A stretch of 58,466 nucleotides of DNA. Source: a virus. Its lineage: Duplodnaviria > Caudoviricetes. The translations under genes were made by a program, and so were the position numbers. The number at the start of each line of letters is the position of its first letter. Positions within the stretch are counted from its first letter, which is position 1. The stretch covers positions 1 to 58,466 of the IMG/VR virus record IMGVR_UViG_3300018914_000069; one strand, given 5' to 3'. Shown here piece after piece: positions 30,589 through 38,905 of the stretch. The notes under the pieces were generated by a model. It was not told the origin of the DNA and did no database searches. It saw nothing but the letters and a program-made list of their open reading frames with translations.

Positions 30589-31941
30589 TTAGAACATGAC
30601 GGTTGTATTTAAAATGTCAGTTAGACCGTGTTCGCGATCCCAAACAAAAGATTGCGATTTCTTAATTGCACCAACATAACCTGATTCAAAATGCCAGTTA
30701 TCGGTTGCAGATGGGGAACTTACAGTTCTCACTATGATTCCGTTTTCCTCATTCACTGCTTTCTCCGAATGAATATGACCCACATGGAACTCTCGGAATG
30801 TTGTTCTGCCCCATGCTTCCTTTGCCTCAATTGGCATTAACGAACCAAGTCTTTTCTTCTCGGCATGACCATGACTGAATCCAATCAAACATTTCCCGAA
30901 CTCAACATATTTTCTGGATTTTGCATCTGTGTTTACGGTTACATTAGGATTGTTTCGATACCATGCTGCAATATGCTCAATGGCAAAATAACTTGTCATC
31001 TTGTCATGATTGGAGCCAATGTAAAACGTTTCGACTGGAGCATATTGAGATAAGAGGTCGATTCCCTCAATGAGCATCTCGACTCCAAATTTATATAGGT
31101 TTTGCCATCTGATATTGGTGTCCTGTCGTGTTCCAGCAGTTGTGGTCTGATTGATTGTGTCATAGTGGAAAAAGTCATTCGACCATACAAACAAAATTTT
31201 ATTAAATTGATAATGCTTTGTCCGTGTCAATACATCGTTAATTATGTATAAAAACTTTTCTTTTGCTTTTTGGTAGTCATAATTATCCCCAGAATCGCCT
31301 TCCCAACAATATTTGCCAACATGCAGGTCTGCAATATTAATTTCGAGCATTTTACCATCATATGAATAATTTGTTGGGGTATGAATTGGACTCTTATAAT
31401 TTTGACTCATTTCCTCAAAAAATTCTTTTACTTCTTCGAGTGAAATGCTTCCCTTTCGTGGCTTGACCGTGATTTTACTGGAATAAAGAGTCTTAATCCC
31501 GTCTTGTTTGCTGTATACGTTCCAAATATTATTCCGAGCGGAAACTAACTCCCACTCATAAATGTCATATCCATGAGCTTTCAGAAGGTAATTGACATCT
31601 TTTGATTCCTCTATAGACATTCGCACTAGCTTATTGCTAGTTTGTGAGCCATCCTTATTAATTTCAACGGACTCTTTATAATTTAAAGGTTCAATTACTA
31701 ATTCATCATTCTCTAATTGGAGATCCAACGAAACTTGGATATTTTTATTATCACGCTTTTCCAGTCGCTTCCTAAATTTTCTAAAGTAGTCATCGCTTTT
31801 CCGTTGACCAGTATGGTCGAGCCATAATTGAGCAATGTCAGACCAATATAGTCCATATGCTTTCTTGTTCAAAACAAGACGTTCCTTGTACTGATCCAGA
31901 CTTTCGTTAGGTTGACGTAGGTGAGGGGAGACAATGCACAT
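30589..31941 (-). CDS. yonJ: Calcineurin-like metallophosphoesterase (YonJ-like)
   Basis: ADLHVG, NDFFH, SNHD, FSHG and GHIH motifs. Confidence 0.8.
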   Translation of the reverse strand: MCIVSPHLRQPNESLDQYKERLVLNKKAYGLYWSDIAQLWLDHTGQRKSDDYFRKFRKRLEKRDNKNIQVSLDLQLENDELVIEPLNYKESVEINKDGSQTSNKLVRMSIEESKDVNYLLKAHGYDIYEWELVSARNNIWNVYSKQDGIKTLYSSKITVKPRKGSISLEEVKEFFEEMSQNYKSPIHTPTNYSYDGKMLEINIADLHVGKYCWEGDSGDNYDYQKAKEKFLYIINDVLTRTKHYQFNKILFVWSNDFFHYDTINQTTTAGTRQDTNIRWQNLYKFGVEMLIEGIDLLSQYAPVETFYIGSNHDKMTSYFAIEHIAAWYRNNPNVTVNTDAKSRKYVEFGKCLIGFSHGHAEKKRLGSLMPIEAKEAWGRTTFREFHVGHIHSEKAVNEENGIIVRTVSSPSATDNWHFESGYVGAIKKSQSFVWDREHGLTDILNTTVMF

Positions 31942-31952
31942 TCAATCACCCC

Positions 31953-32150
31953 TTATTCCTGATCATCAGCCAAAAACTCGGAGTCATCGGCTTCAATGGA
32001 AATTGAAAATTTTACTTTATATCCATCATATTTACCAAGAACTTTACGCAAATCGAAGACATTAATTGCTTCTTTAGTTTCTTCCGTGATTTTCACCATA
32101 TCCAACTCAAGATTACCTGTAACACTGAAACTCGAATTAAATTTAGCCAC
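31953..32150 (-). CDS. yonK: YonK-family small protein
   Basis: RBS GGGAGG before GTG at 32150; AKFNSSFSVTGNL...ITEETKE...FDL. Confidence 0.7.
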   Translation of the reverse strand: MAKFNSSFSVTGNLELDMVKITEETKEAINVFDLRKVLGKYDGYKVKFSISIEADDSEFLADDQE

Positions 32151-32196
32151 TTCAAAATTCCTCCCTAATTTTGAATGAAATTGTCTTTTTATGTAT

Positions 32197-33408
32197 TTAC
32201 ATCTGATCAGCAATATCAGCAATTCTAGATCTGTAAATGGTGGAGAATGTCATCTCTCCATATACGTCAGTGCCACGGAAAATTTTGCTCATACGCTTAA
32301 TTCCATTGTTACGCCCTGCAAATGCACTATTATCAACCTGTGCTTTGTCGTCACCGTCAATAATAATTTTACTTCCCTTGCCAATACGCTGCAAACCCAG
32401 CTTCATTAAATCTACAGACAGGTTTTGCGCCTCTGTAATCCAAACAATGGAATCGTCACCTGTATCATAGCCGCGAATATCCACAAACGGAATTAATACA
32501 ATTTCACCGACAGCAATCATGGCCTCAACTTTATTCCTGTCGCCAATTTTGCTTGTTAAGATATTACCAATACCACTTTGCATCAACTTTTCATCTTTGA
32601 ACCCTTTATAAAATCCAATTTCCTGAGCGTTCTTAACAGGGTAAGGATTTACCAAACACACTAAACGACTAGCTTTACCTTTTTCTAGTTGATGTAATGC
32701 ATAATTCAGTGCAACAAGACTTTTCCCTGAGCCTGCTTTCCCACGTAACAAGGTGATATCATTCGTCAGTAAGCTATCTATAGCAGCCTTTTGATACAGA
32801 TCCATCGGCTTAAACTTTCCTAACAAGTGAGTGGAGAGATTCTTCTCTGTGCATTTAACATGAGAGCGTCCATCCCACTTAACCACATCAAAATAATTAC
32901 CATTTTCATCCTTTAAAAATAGATATTGGTTTTGTAATAGGTTGTAAGTATTTTCAGCTAGATTCTCATAAAAGTATGCTAATTGCTCATCATCCACAGT
33001 TACTTCTGTGTAGCCTGAATAATCATCTTCAGTGTTCTCATCTAAATCAATAACTTCAATTTCAAGACCTCTTGCTTTTTGGCGCAATAAGAGATCATTG
33101 GTCATCAACGCATAGCCATTATCATAACAGGCTTGTAGAATGTTATTATCTTGATATGTACTATCAAAAAAGCTATTCAGTGACCATTTATAGTCCCGTA
33201 AATCAAAGTAAAACCTATCCTTATTGTTTTCAATAAAGCGAGTCGCTTGTCTTGCACGATAGGCTAAATCTTGATTATGACTAAGCTTATGTTTTTCTAA
33301 TTCGCGCAAAGTGTGTGATAGGAGAGTGGGGATGCCTTGAATACTTATTGACTCCAAGCCTTCTAGGAGTAAATTTGTATCGATTACAACGTATTTTTTC
33401 ATAGGCAT
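32197..33408 (-). CDS. phoH: PhoH-family PIN-ATPase (PhoH2-like)
   Basis: PIN domain VIDTN...ELEKHK...TNDLLLR; Walker A GKAGSGKS; RGYD, EAQN, GDDKAQVD; likely start at 33408 or 33402 rather than 33546. Confidence 0.9.
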   Translation of the reverse strand: MPMKKYVVIDTNLLLEGLESISIQGIPTLLSHTLRELEKHKLSHNQDLAYRARQATRFIENNKDRFYFDLRDYKWSLNSFFDSTYQDNNILQACYDNGYALMTNDLLLRQKARGLEIEVIDLDENTEDDYSGYTEVTVDDEQLAYFYENLAENTYNLLQNQYLFLKDENGNYFDVVKWDGRSHVKCTEKNLSTHLLGKFKPMDLYQKAAIDSLLTNDITLLRGKAGSGKSLVALNYALHQLEKGKASRLVCLVNPYPVKNAQEIGFYKGFKDEKLMQSGIGNILTSKIGDRNKVEAMIAVGEIVLIPFVDIRGYDTGDDSIVWITEAQNLSVDLMKLGLQRIGKGSKIIIDGDDKAQVDNSAFAGRNNGIKRMSKIFRGTDVYGEMTFSTIYRSRIADIADQM

Positions 33409-33419
33409 TTTTACCTTTC

Positions 33420-33690
33420 TAGGTAGATTTAAAAGAGGGGAGAGGTGAGTAAGTTCACCAATCCCCCTAAGACTATAACCGTAGCGCACCCATATGCCTA
33501 CGTGATCGTGTCCATGACTAGATGGACGAGATATTATAAACGACAAGGTGGGGCGGCGTATCCCACATCTCTTTTAACCATCTACGATCAATGATATTTC
33601 CTCGTAATGGTGCGATAGTAACCTTTCTATCCTCTTGTCGTTTACTTCACTTTCACAAACTGCTCATGAGAGCATTCACATTCATCTATA
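33420..33690 (-). ncRNA. Candidate structured RNA in the HU-phoH intergenic region
   Basis: 11-bp stem 33537-33547/33634-33644 enclosing three hairpins, plus further hairpins. Confidence 0.45.
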
Positions 33691-33691
33691 G

Positions 33692-33970
33692 TTAGCAACA
33701 ATTAATCTGTCCTTTTAATGCTTTAGCTGGTTTCCACGATGGTACCTTTGATGCAGCAATTTCGATCTCTTCACCAGTTTGCGGGTTGCGACCTTTGCGA
33801 GCCGCGCGTTCGCGAACTTCGAAGTTTCCGAAGCCAATCAGTTGCACTTTTTCGCCGTTCTTCAGCGCCTCAGCAATTGCATCAAGAACTGCATCAACAG
33901 CTTTGGCGGCATCTTTCTTTGTCACTTCTGTAGTTTCTGCTACTTTAGCAATTAGTTCTGTTTTGTTCAT
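33692..33970 (-). CDS. hup: HU DNA-binding protein (YonN/HBsu-like)
   Basis: MNKTELI...[26 protein letters not shown] signature. Confidence 0.97.
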   Translation of the reverse strand: MNKTELIAKVAETTEVTKKDAAKAVDAVLDAIAEALKNGEKVQLIGFGNFEVRERAARKGRNPQTGEEIEIAASKVPSWKPAKALKGQINCC

Positions 33971-34184
33971 TTTAATAATCCTCCCAAAATAATATTTTTA
34001 TTTAATATGTATTCGCTTTATAAGCGAAGGGGATACAACAACCTCTTCACTTTGTATATCAGATTGTTTTGTTTCCCTTAGTAATTTACAATACTCATCA
34101 AAAACCTTGATATATCAACGTTTTTAAGTACTTCATTATAACTTTAATATATCACTTATCTCAGAAATCCTTATATATCAAGCG

Positions 34185-34859
34185 TTACAGCGTTTGTCTA
34201 TTTTTCTTCCAATTATTCTTTTTCCATTGATTTTTTTGTGCCTGTGCTATTTTTTTCGCGCAACTATCGCAATACTTCTTTTTATTTCCTGTGGTTTCAA
34301 TCCTTATCCCGCAAGCAGCACATTGAATCCTCTTTCCAATTTCACGCTCAACATTCTTCCTTAAATTTTCAATGATGATATCGCCAAAACATTCCCATAG
34401 AGTAACCTTATAATCTGTTTTTCTATATCTGTATAAATACTCGATAAGAACGTCAGAAACATAGTGTACATCAGAGTTTAGAGCCAATAATTTTTCTCTT
34501 ATATCTTTGTAATTCAATAAGAAATCATCATTCCAGCCTGCATTTTTATGTATCATCATTCTACTCTTTAAGTCTAATTCATTATAAAGATCAACAATAC
34601 CTTGATCCAATTCAATATCTGAATTACTCATCAGCATTTTGTAATTAAATTTTCCAAGTCCACTGGAAGTAAATTGAGTTTTAAGATTAGGCACAATCCT
34701 TTCTAACCTGTTAACAACACTGTTATTGATGGGTTCAACCTCATGTTTCTTTTTGTCTTTTGCATAGATGAAAAAGTGGGGGACTTTGGACTTGGTGTAT
34801 TTAGTAATCTGTTTACCGATTTCTTTTGGTCTTTTCACTTTATACAAGGTTTTAGCATA
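34185..34859 (-). CDS. yonO: YonO-type RNA polymerase, exon 2
   Basis: Begins TAT GCT AAA ACC (YAKT) in frame with ORF 34185..34847; KVPHFFIYAK, SVVNRL and a C-terminal CxxC...CxxC. Confidence 0.88.
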   Translation of the reverse strand, partial: YAKTLYKVKRPKEIGKQITKYTKSKVPHFFIYAKDKKKHEVEPINNSVVNRLERIVPNLKTQFTSSGLGKFNYKMLMSNSDIELDQGIVDLYNELDLKSRMMIHKNAGWNDDFLLNYKDIREKLLALNSDVHYVSDVLIEYLYRYRKTDYKVTLWECFGDIIIENLRKNVEREIGKRIQCAACGIRIETTGNKKKYCDSCAKKIAQAQKNQWKKNNWKKNRQTL

Positions 34860-35184
34860 CCTGAATACCCTCGGTTTCCCGATATTTAAATAGGGGAGTA
34901 GACCATATCATCAACTATTAGGGGAAATAGTTGGTCAGCGCTTCGCAATACAGGATTTCACTGTAAAGCTACTTCCATTAGGAATGGTCGTTGCACCTTC
35001 AAGGATACAATGATCCGAGCTTGGCACAGGATTATCATATCGACTTTTGACTTAGACTTCCCCTGTTAGCACTATCATTAACAAGCCATTTCCTGCTTGA
35101 AGCTAATCGCTGATAGCACACCCTAGATTTCTAGGTTCACTGACTTTTCATTCGCACATCGCTGCGCGAAGCGACTATAATTTA
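34860..35184 (-). ncRNA. Group I self-splicing intron (325 nt, ORF-less)
   Basis: 5' splice site after GAU with U.G wobble (CGAU/GUCG), terminal omega G at 34860, P AACAGGGGA, Q AAUCCUGUG, P7 GACCA/UGGUC (R GCAACGACCAU, S GAUAUGGUCUA), P10 UAUG/UAUA. Confidence 0.9.
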
Positions 35185-37128
35185 ATCGATCACGTAGTTA
35201 TTTTCCATACATAACCACTTAATTACGTCCAAATTCACGTTCCCACTGTTCCAAATCTTAGTGATGTTATTGGAGATAATACCAATGTTACCCCCTGTGT
35301 AGGCAGCTTTAAGACCTTGATAAATTGCCTGATTGCTTATAATGTCTTTACCCGCAGTTGCCATATTGTAATACAATGGCACAATATCTGTCATGTTTCT
35401 TTCTGCAACTTTTATGATAGTGGGATCTGCACAAACAAGACTTTTATCTCCATCGTTGTCGAACATGAGGATTTTGCTTATTGGATCATGTACACTGGTG
35501 TACAGTCCGTTTGTAATGAACCATCTGCCTTTTTCTTTATCCACTACATTTGTCCTTACCGCATGCTCCAAGTAAAGGTGAGGACTCCGTAAACAGTCCA
35601 ATTTTGGCATGTTCTTATAAAGTCTACATGATACCTCTCCGTTTGCCAAAAGACCGCTAGGTTGCTTTTCACCGAGTATCAACCACTGGCAGAAGGCGTA
35701 AAGATCAGGACATATAAAAGTGTACTTTCCTTCAACGTCAATCTTTCCTGCTCTTGCTTCCTTAACCATGCTCCTTTTGACATTTTTCAATATTTCCTTG
35801 CTATATGTATCGCTTAGTAACTCAGGATATATCTCCAATGCTTGTTGAAGATAGTTCTTATACTTATTCGACTCAACTACACCAAGAACTTTTAGCATTG
35901 TTTTTTTGTCTTTACCGATATTCATAATACTTGAGATGGTGCTTTTACAAATTTCACTTATCTCATCATCAGTCATATCGGTTAAAGTTTGTAACATCTG
36001 ATAATTTAACTTAGCATTGGCAGGTAGATCTTCTTCCTCATTACATTTTCCTGCTTGGCAATTATATTTCTTGAACTTTTCTTTATAGGCATCCCAATCA
36101 GAGTAGTACTTCCACATTTTAAATTGACTCTTGGTGAGAATGATTTCGATTCCATCCTTCAATAAATCATGCTGCTTTCCATAAATGTCAGTGACAATAC
36201 CGCATTTTATATCACTGTTTCTATTATGCTCTCGGATGAACTTATCAAAGGGGAAGGGGACAAGTAACCCTTTAATCCAAGGTAGCCTAATCATCATGCT
36301 TTTCTTTGATTTTCTAGGGAGAATCATCCCGCACCCGTCAGTGTGATTAATAAGAATGTCCATTTCCTTACGAGTTATTTCGTAATTCTTTTCGTCAATG
36401 AAATCAACAACGCTGCGTACTGTAGTCTCCATATCATCAACTACAATGACTTTATCAATGTCAAAATCTGTCCACGGATCAGTTGCAGAGTTGCACAAGG
36501 CGAGATAGGCAAGGTATTTATTAATATTAACCCCACCTTGCTTGTTGATGTCATCCACTGACAATCCGCAAGTTAAAGAATTTTGATGTTTGTTCAGTAC
36601 ACTTTCTTTAATAAAAACGGTTTTCTTAGTACGAATTTGCCCTGCACTTGCCGTAAAACAAACGTACTTTTCACCTTTGAACATGAATCCGTTAAGAATA
36701 ATGTCTTCAAGAATATTAAAGAAATAAGTTTGAACTACAATGAGGTCTTCAGAGAAAGTATCTTGTTTAATTCCCAGAGTTCTTGTCAATACAGAATCAA
36801 ATACAGATATCACATGCTTTTTTCCTATTTTCGATTCATTTAGTGTTCTAATCTCAGTATTGTTTGCAAATTCAGCGTACAGTAAATCCTTTAGTTTCTT
36901 GATACGTTTATTAATGCTTGTAAAGTGTCTTTCTAGCTTAAGTCCGAAGGCAGCCGATATGTTCTTTTTATTGCGTAATTTTTTTACATGGTTTTTAAAC
37001 CTATAAGCCTTATTCAATTTATTATGTATCTTGTTTTCTTTTTCATTGTAAAAGAAGCTGGTGTCTACACTATAAATATGTACTTGTTTATCCAAACTAA
37101 TTACGATTCCCTCCGTCTCCATCTTCAA
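35185..37128 (-). CDS. yonO: YonO-type single-subunit DNA-dependent RNA polymerase, exon 1
   Basis: TASAGQIR, HTDGCG, RLPWIKG, LNYQMLQTL, RSPH, catalytic FDNDGD, GNIG; splices to give about 872 aa. Confidence 0.92.
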
Positions 37129-37357
37129 GTGTACAAATCATCATATCCTCAATTTCATCTAATTCATAATATTTACCTTCTTCAAGCTCGAAGCCATTCT
37201 CATCAAGCGTGTAGCCAATCACATCAAGATATGTATAAGTACGATTCCGTTTTGAATCATTAAGTTTCTTTTCACCGTATGTATTTAGAAGATATTCTTC
37301 GATACTTGAAAAGTGGTGGGGGATATTTGATTCAACAATTTTGATTTTTTTATTCAT
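37097..37357 (-). CDS. Hypothetical protein upstream of yonO
   Basis: 86-aa ORF overlapping the yonO start region. Confidence 0.5.
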   Translation of the reverse strand: MNKKIKIVESNIPHHFSSIEEYLLNTYGEKKLNDSKRNRTYTYLDVIGYTLDENGFELEEGKYYELDEIEDMMICTLEDGDGGNRN

Positions 37358-37446
37358 AATATTCTGCTATTAAAACCACAGCGAAAACATAGCAGTGTAC
37401 ACCTCCAGATGGATTTAATTTGATGTGTGGTTTCTTTTAAAAGCAT

Positions 37447-37599
37447 TTATGCGGAATGATCTCGAACATATTGCACATAGTCATAGAAATCATCGTATTC
37501 CTCCTTGGATTCGTATGGGTGAAGTCCAAATGGGTTTGAGGATTTTCCATAAATTTTAGATAGAGCCAAATCAATGTTGTTTGGTTTAAGGTATTTCAC
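37447..37599 (-). CDS. Small hypothetical protein (50 aa, not in the ORF track)
   Basis: AGGAGGTG RBS, GTG start, MKYLKPNNIDLALSK... Confidence 0.55.
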   Translation of the reverse strand: MKYLKPNNIDLALSKIYGKSSNPFGLHPYESKEEYDDFYDYVQYVRDHSA

Positions 37600-37614
37600 G
37601 TATTCACCTCCTTT

Positions 37615-37775
37615 ATCTATACAATATATTTTTACTTATTATTTGTCAAGTCATCTGATTATTTTATTTATTATGTAGTATTTCTTCATTATATGGTCAC
37701 GGAAACAGGGTTGATTACACTACAGATTATTTTTATCCTTTGTATTGACATTCCTTGCCAATTGAATATAATTGA
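37615..37775. promoter_or_regulatory. Divergent sigmaA promoters (yonO operon and recombinase-fold gene)
   Basis: Minus strand TTGACA-17-TATTGT near 37649; plus strand TTGACA 37745-37750, 16 bp, TATAAT. Confidence 0.6.
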
Positions 37776-37804
37776 ATTATCAACGGAAATAGGGAGGGAA
37801 TAAT

Positions 37805-38827
37805 ATGCTGGCAAATGTATCAGAGTTGCATGTCAATACGGTTTTCAATGATGTTGAGACTTTTTTCAATGAAGAGTTACGATCCGACAATACCAGAAGA
37901 GCGTACCGAAATGACATTGAATCTTTCTTTAAATACATGAGAAATAAAAATATTAATGAGCTTACATACACCGGAAAGAAAGGTGAGGGCTGCGACTTAT
38001 GGTTCGAGTATAAGGACATTCTTCGGTATCGGAGTTATCTAAAAAAAATCTACCCTAAAAGTGCCACAGTAGAGCGCAAAATTGCATCGGTCAGAAAGCT
38101 ATACAAATACTTTGCAAAAAACAACTACAATATTAATCCTCATGCGTTTGAACTGGAATGGGAAGATGAGGACGATACAGACAGTGTAGGAGTACTCTCA
38201 GTACAAGAAGCGATCACAATGGTCGAGTTAGCAAAAGAACTGCCAAATGGTGAGGAAAAATCTCTGATAATTGAACTAGCGTATATGACATCCATTCGTA
38301 TTTCCGCAATTTTAAACATCACATGGGATAAATTTCGCTTTATCGGTAACGATCTATGGGAAATCAAAATTAAAGATAAAGGGAAGAAAAATAAAAAGCC
38401 CATCTTTGACGAAACATATCAACGCCTATATAAGGCAATGAAAAGAGCAGGAGAAGAAAAGGTTTTTACATTATCCTATACAACCATTTATGACACCATA
38501 AAGGAACTTGCAAAGCGAATGGGGATTTCTGAGGAGCGAAAAATAAGTCCGCACAGTCTCAAAAAAACTATGATCAATTGGACATTAGACCAACTTAAAG
38601 ATGTTTTGTTAGCAGCTAAACAAGGCAATCACTCACTAGATGTAATGATGAAGAATTATGTTAGTCAAAATCCCGACTACTCTAACTATCCATTGATGCT
38701 AATGAAGAAGGGCAATGACATCACGCCCCTCATGGAATTAAGCAAAGAAGAATTGATTGCATTGATACAGAGAGCGAGCTTCGGTACACAAAATGAATTG
38801 CTTTCTTTACTAAAACAAGAGAAGTAA
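37805..38827 (+). CDS. Tyrosine-recombinase-fold protein (YopP/MrpR-like), HxxR changed to HSLK
   Basis: SAM-like N-domain (NTRRAYRND), SIRISA, SPHSLKK, GNHS, KNY. Confidence 0.75.
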   Translation: MLANVSELHVNTVFNDVETFFNEELRSDNTRRAYRNDIESFFKYMRNKNINELTYTGKKGEGCDLWFEYKDILRYRSYLKKIYPKSATVERKIASVRKLYKYFAKNNYNINPHAFELEWEDEDDTDSVGVLSVQEAITMVELAKELPNGEEKSLIIELAYMTSIRISAILNITWDKFRFIGNDLWEIKIKDKGKKNKKPIFDETYQRLYKAMKRAGEEKVFTLSYTTIYDTIKELAKRMGISEERKISPHSLKKTMINWTLDQLKDVLLAAKQGNHSLDVMMKNYVSQNPDYSNYPLMLMKKGNDITPLMELSKEELIALIQRASFGTQNELLSLLKQEK

Positions 38828-38905
38828 AATATCTCTTGTTTTCTTCTTGTAATAAATAAAAATATAATGTAAAATGAAAATAAAATATCTTAAGGAGATG
38901 ATCAT

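Noticed and set aside
34185-37128. yonO as a pseudogene or as two separate genes
   Set aside because: The gap has group I intron structure, and removing it restores an in-frame IDYAKT.
445-37263. Many short plus-strand ORFs opposite the late genes
   Set aside because: They are antisense shadows of long minus-strand genes, with no RBS or recognisable motifs.
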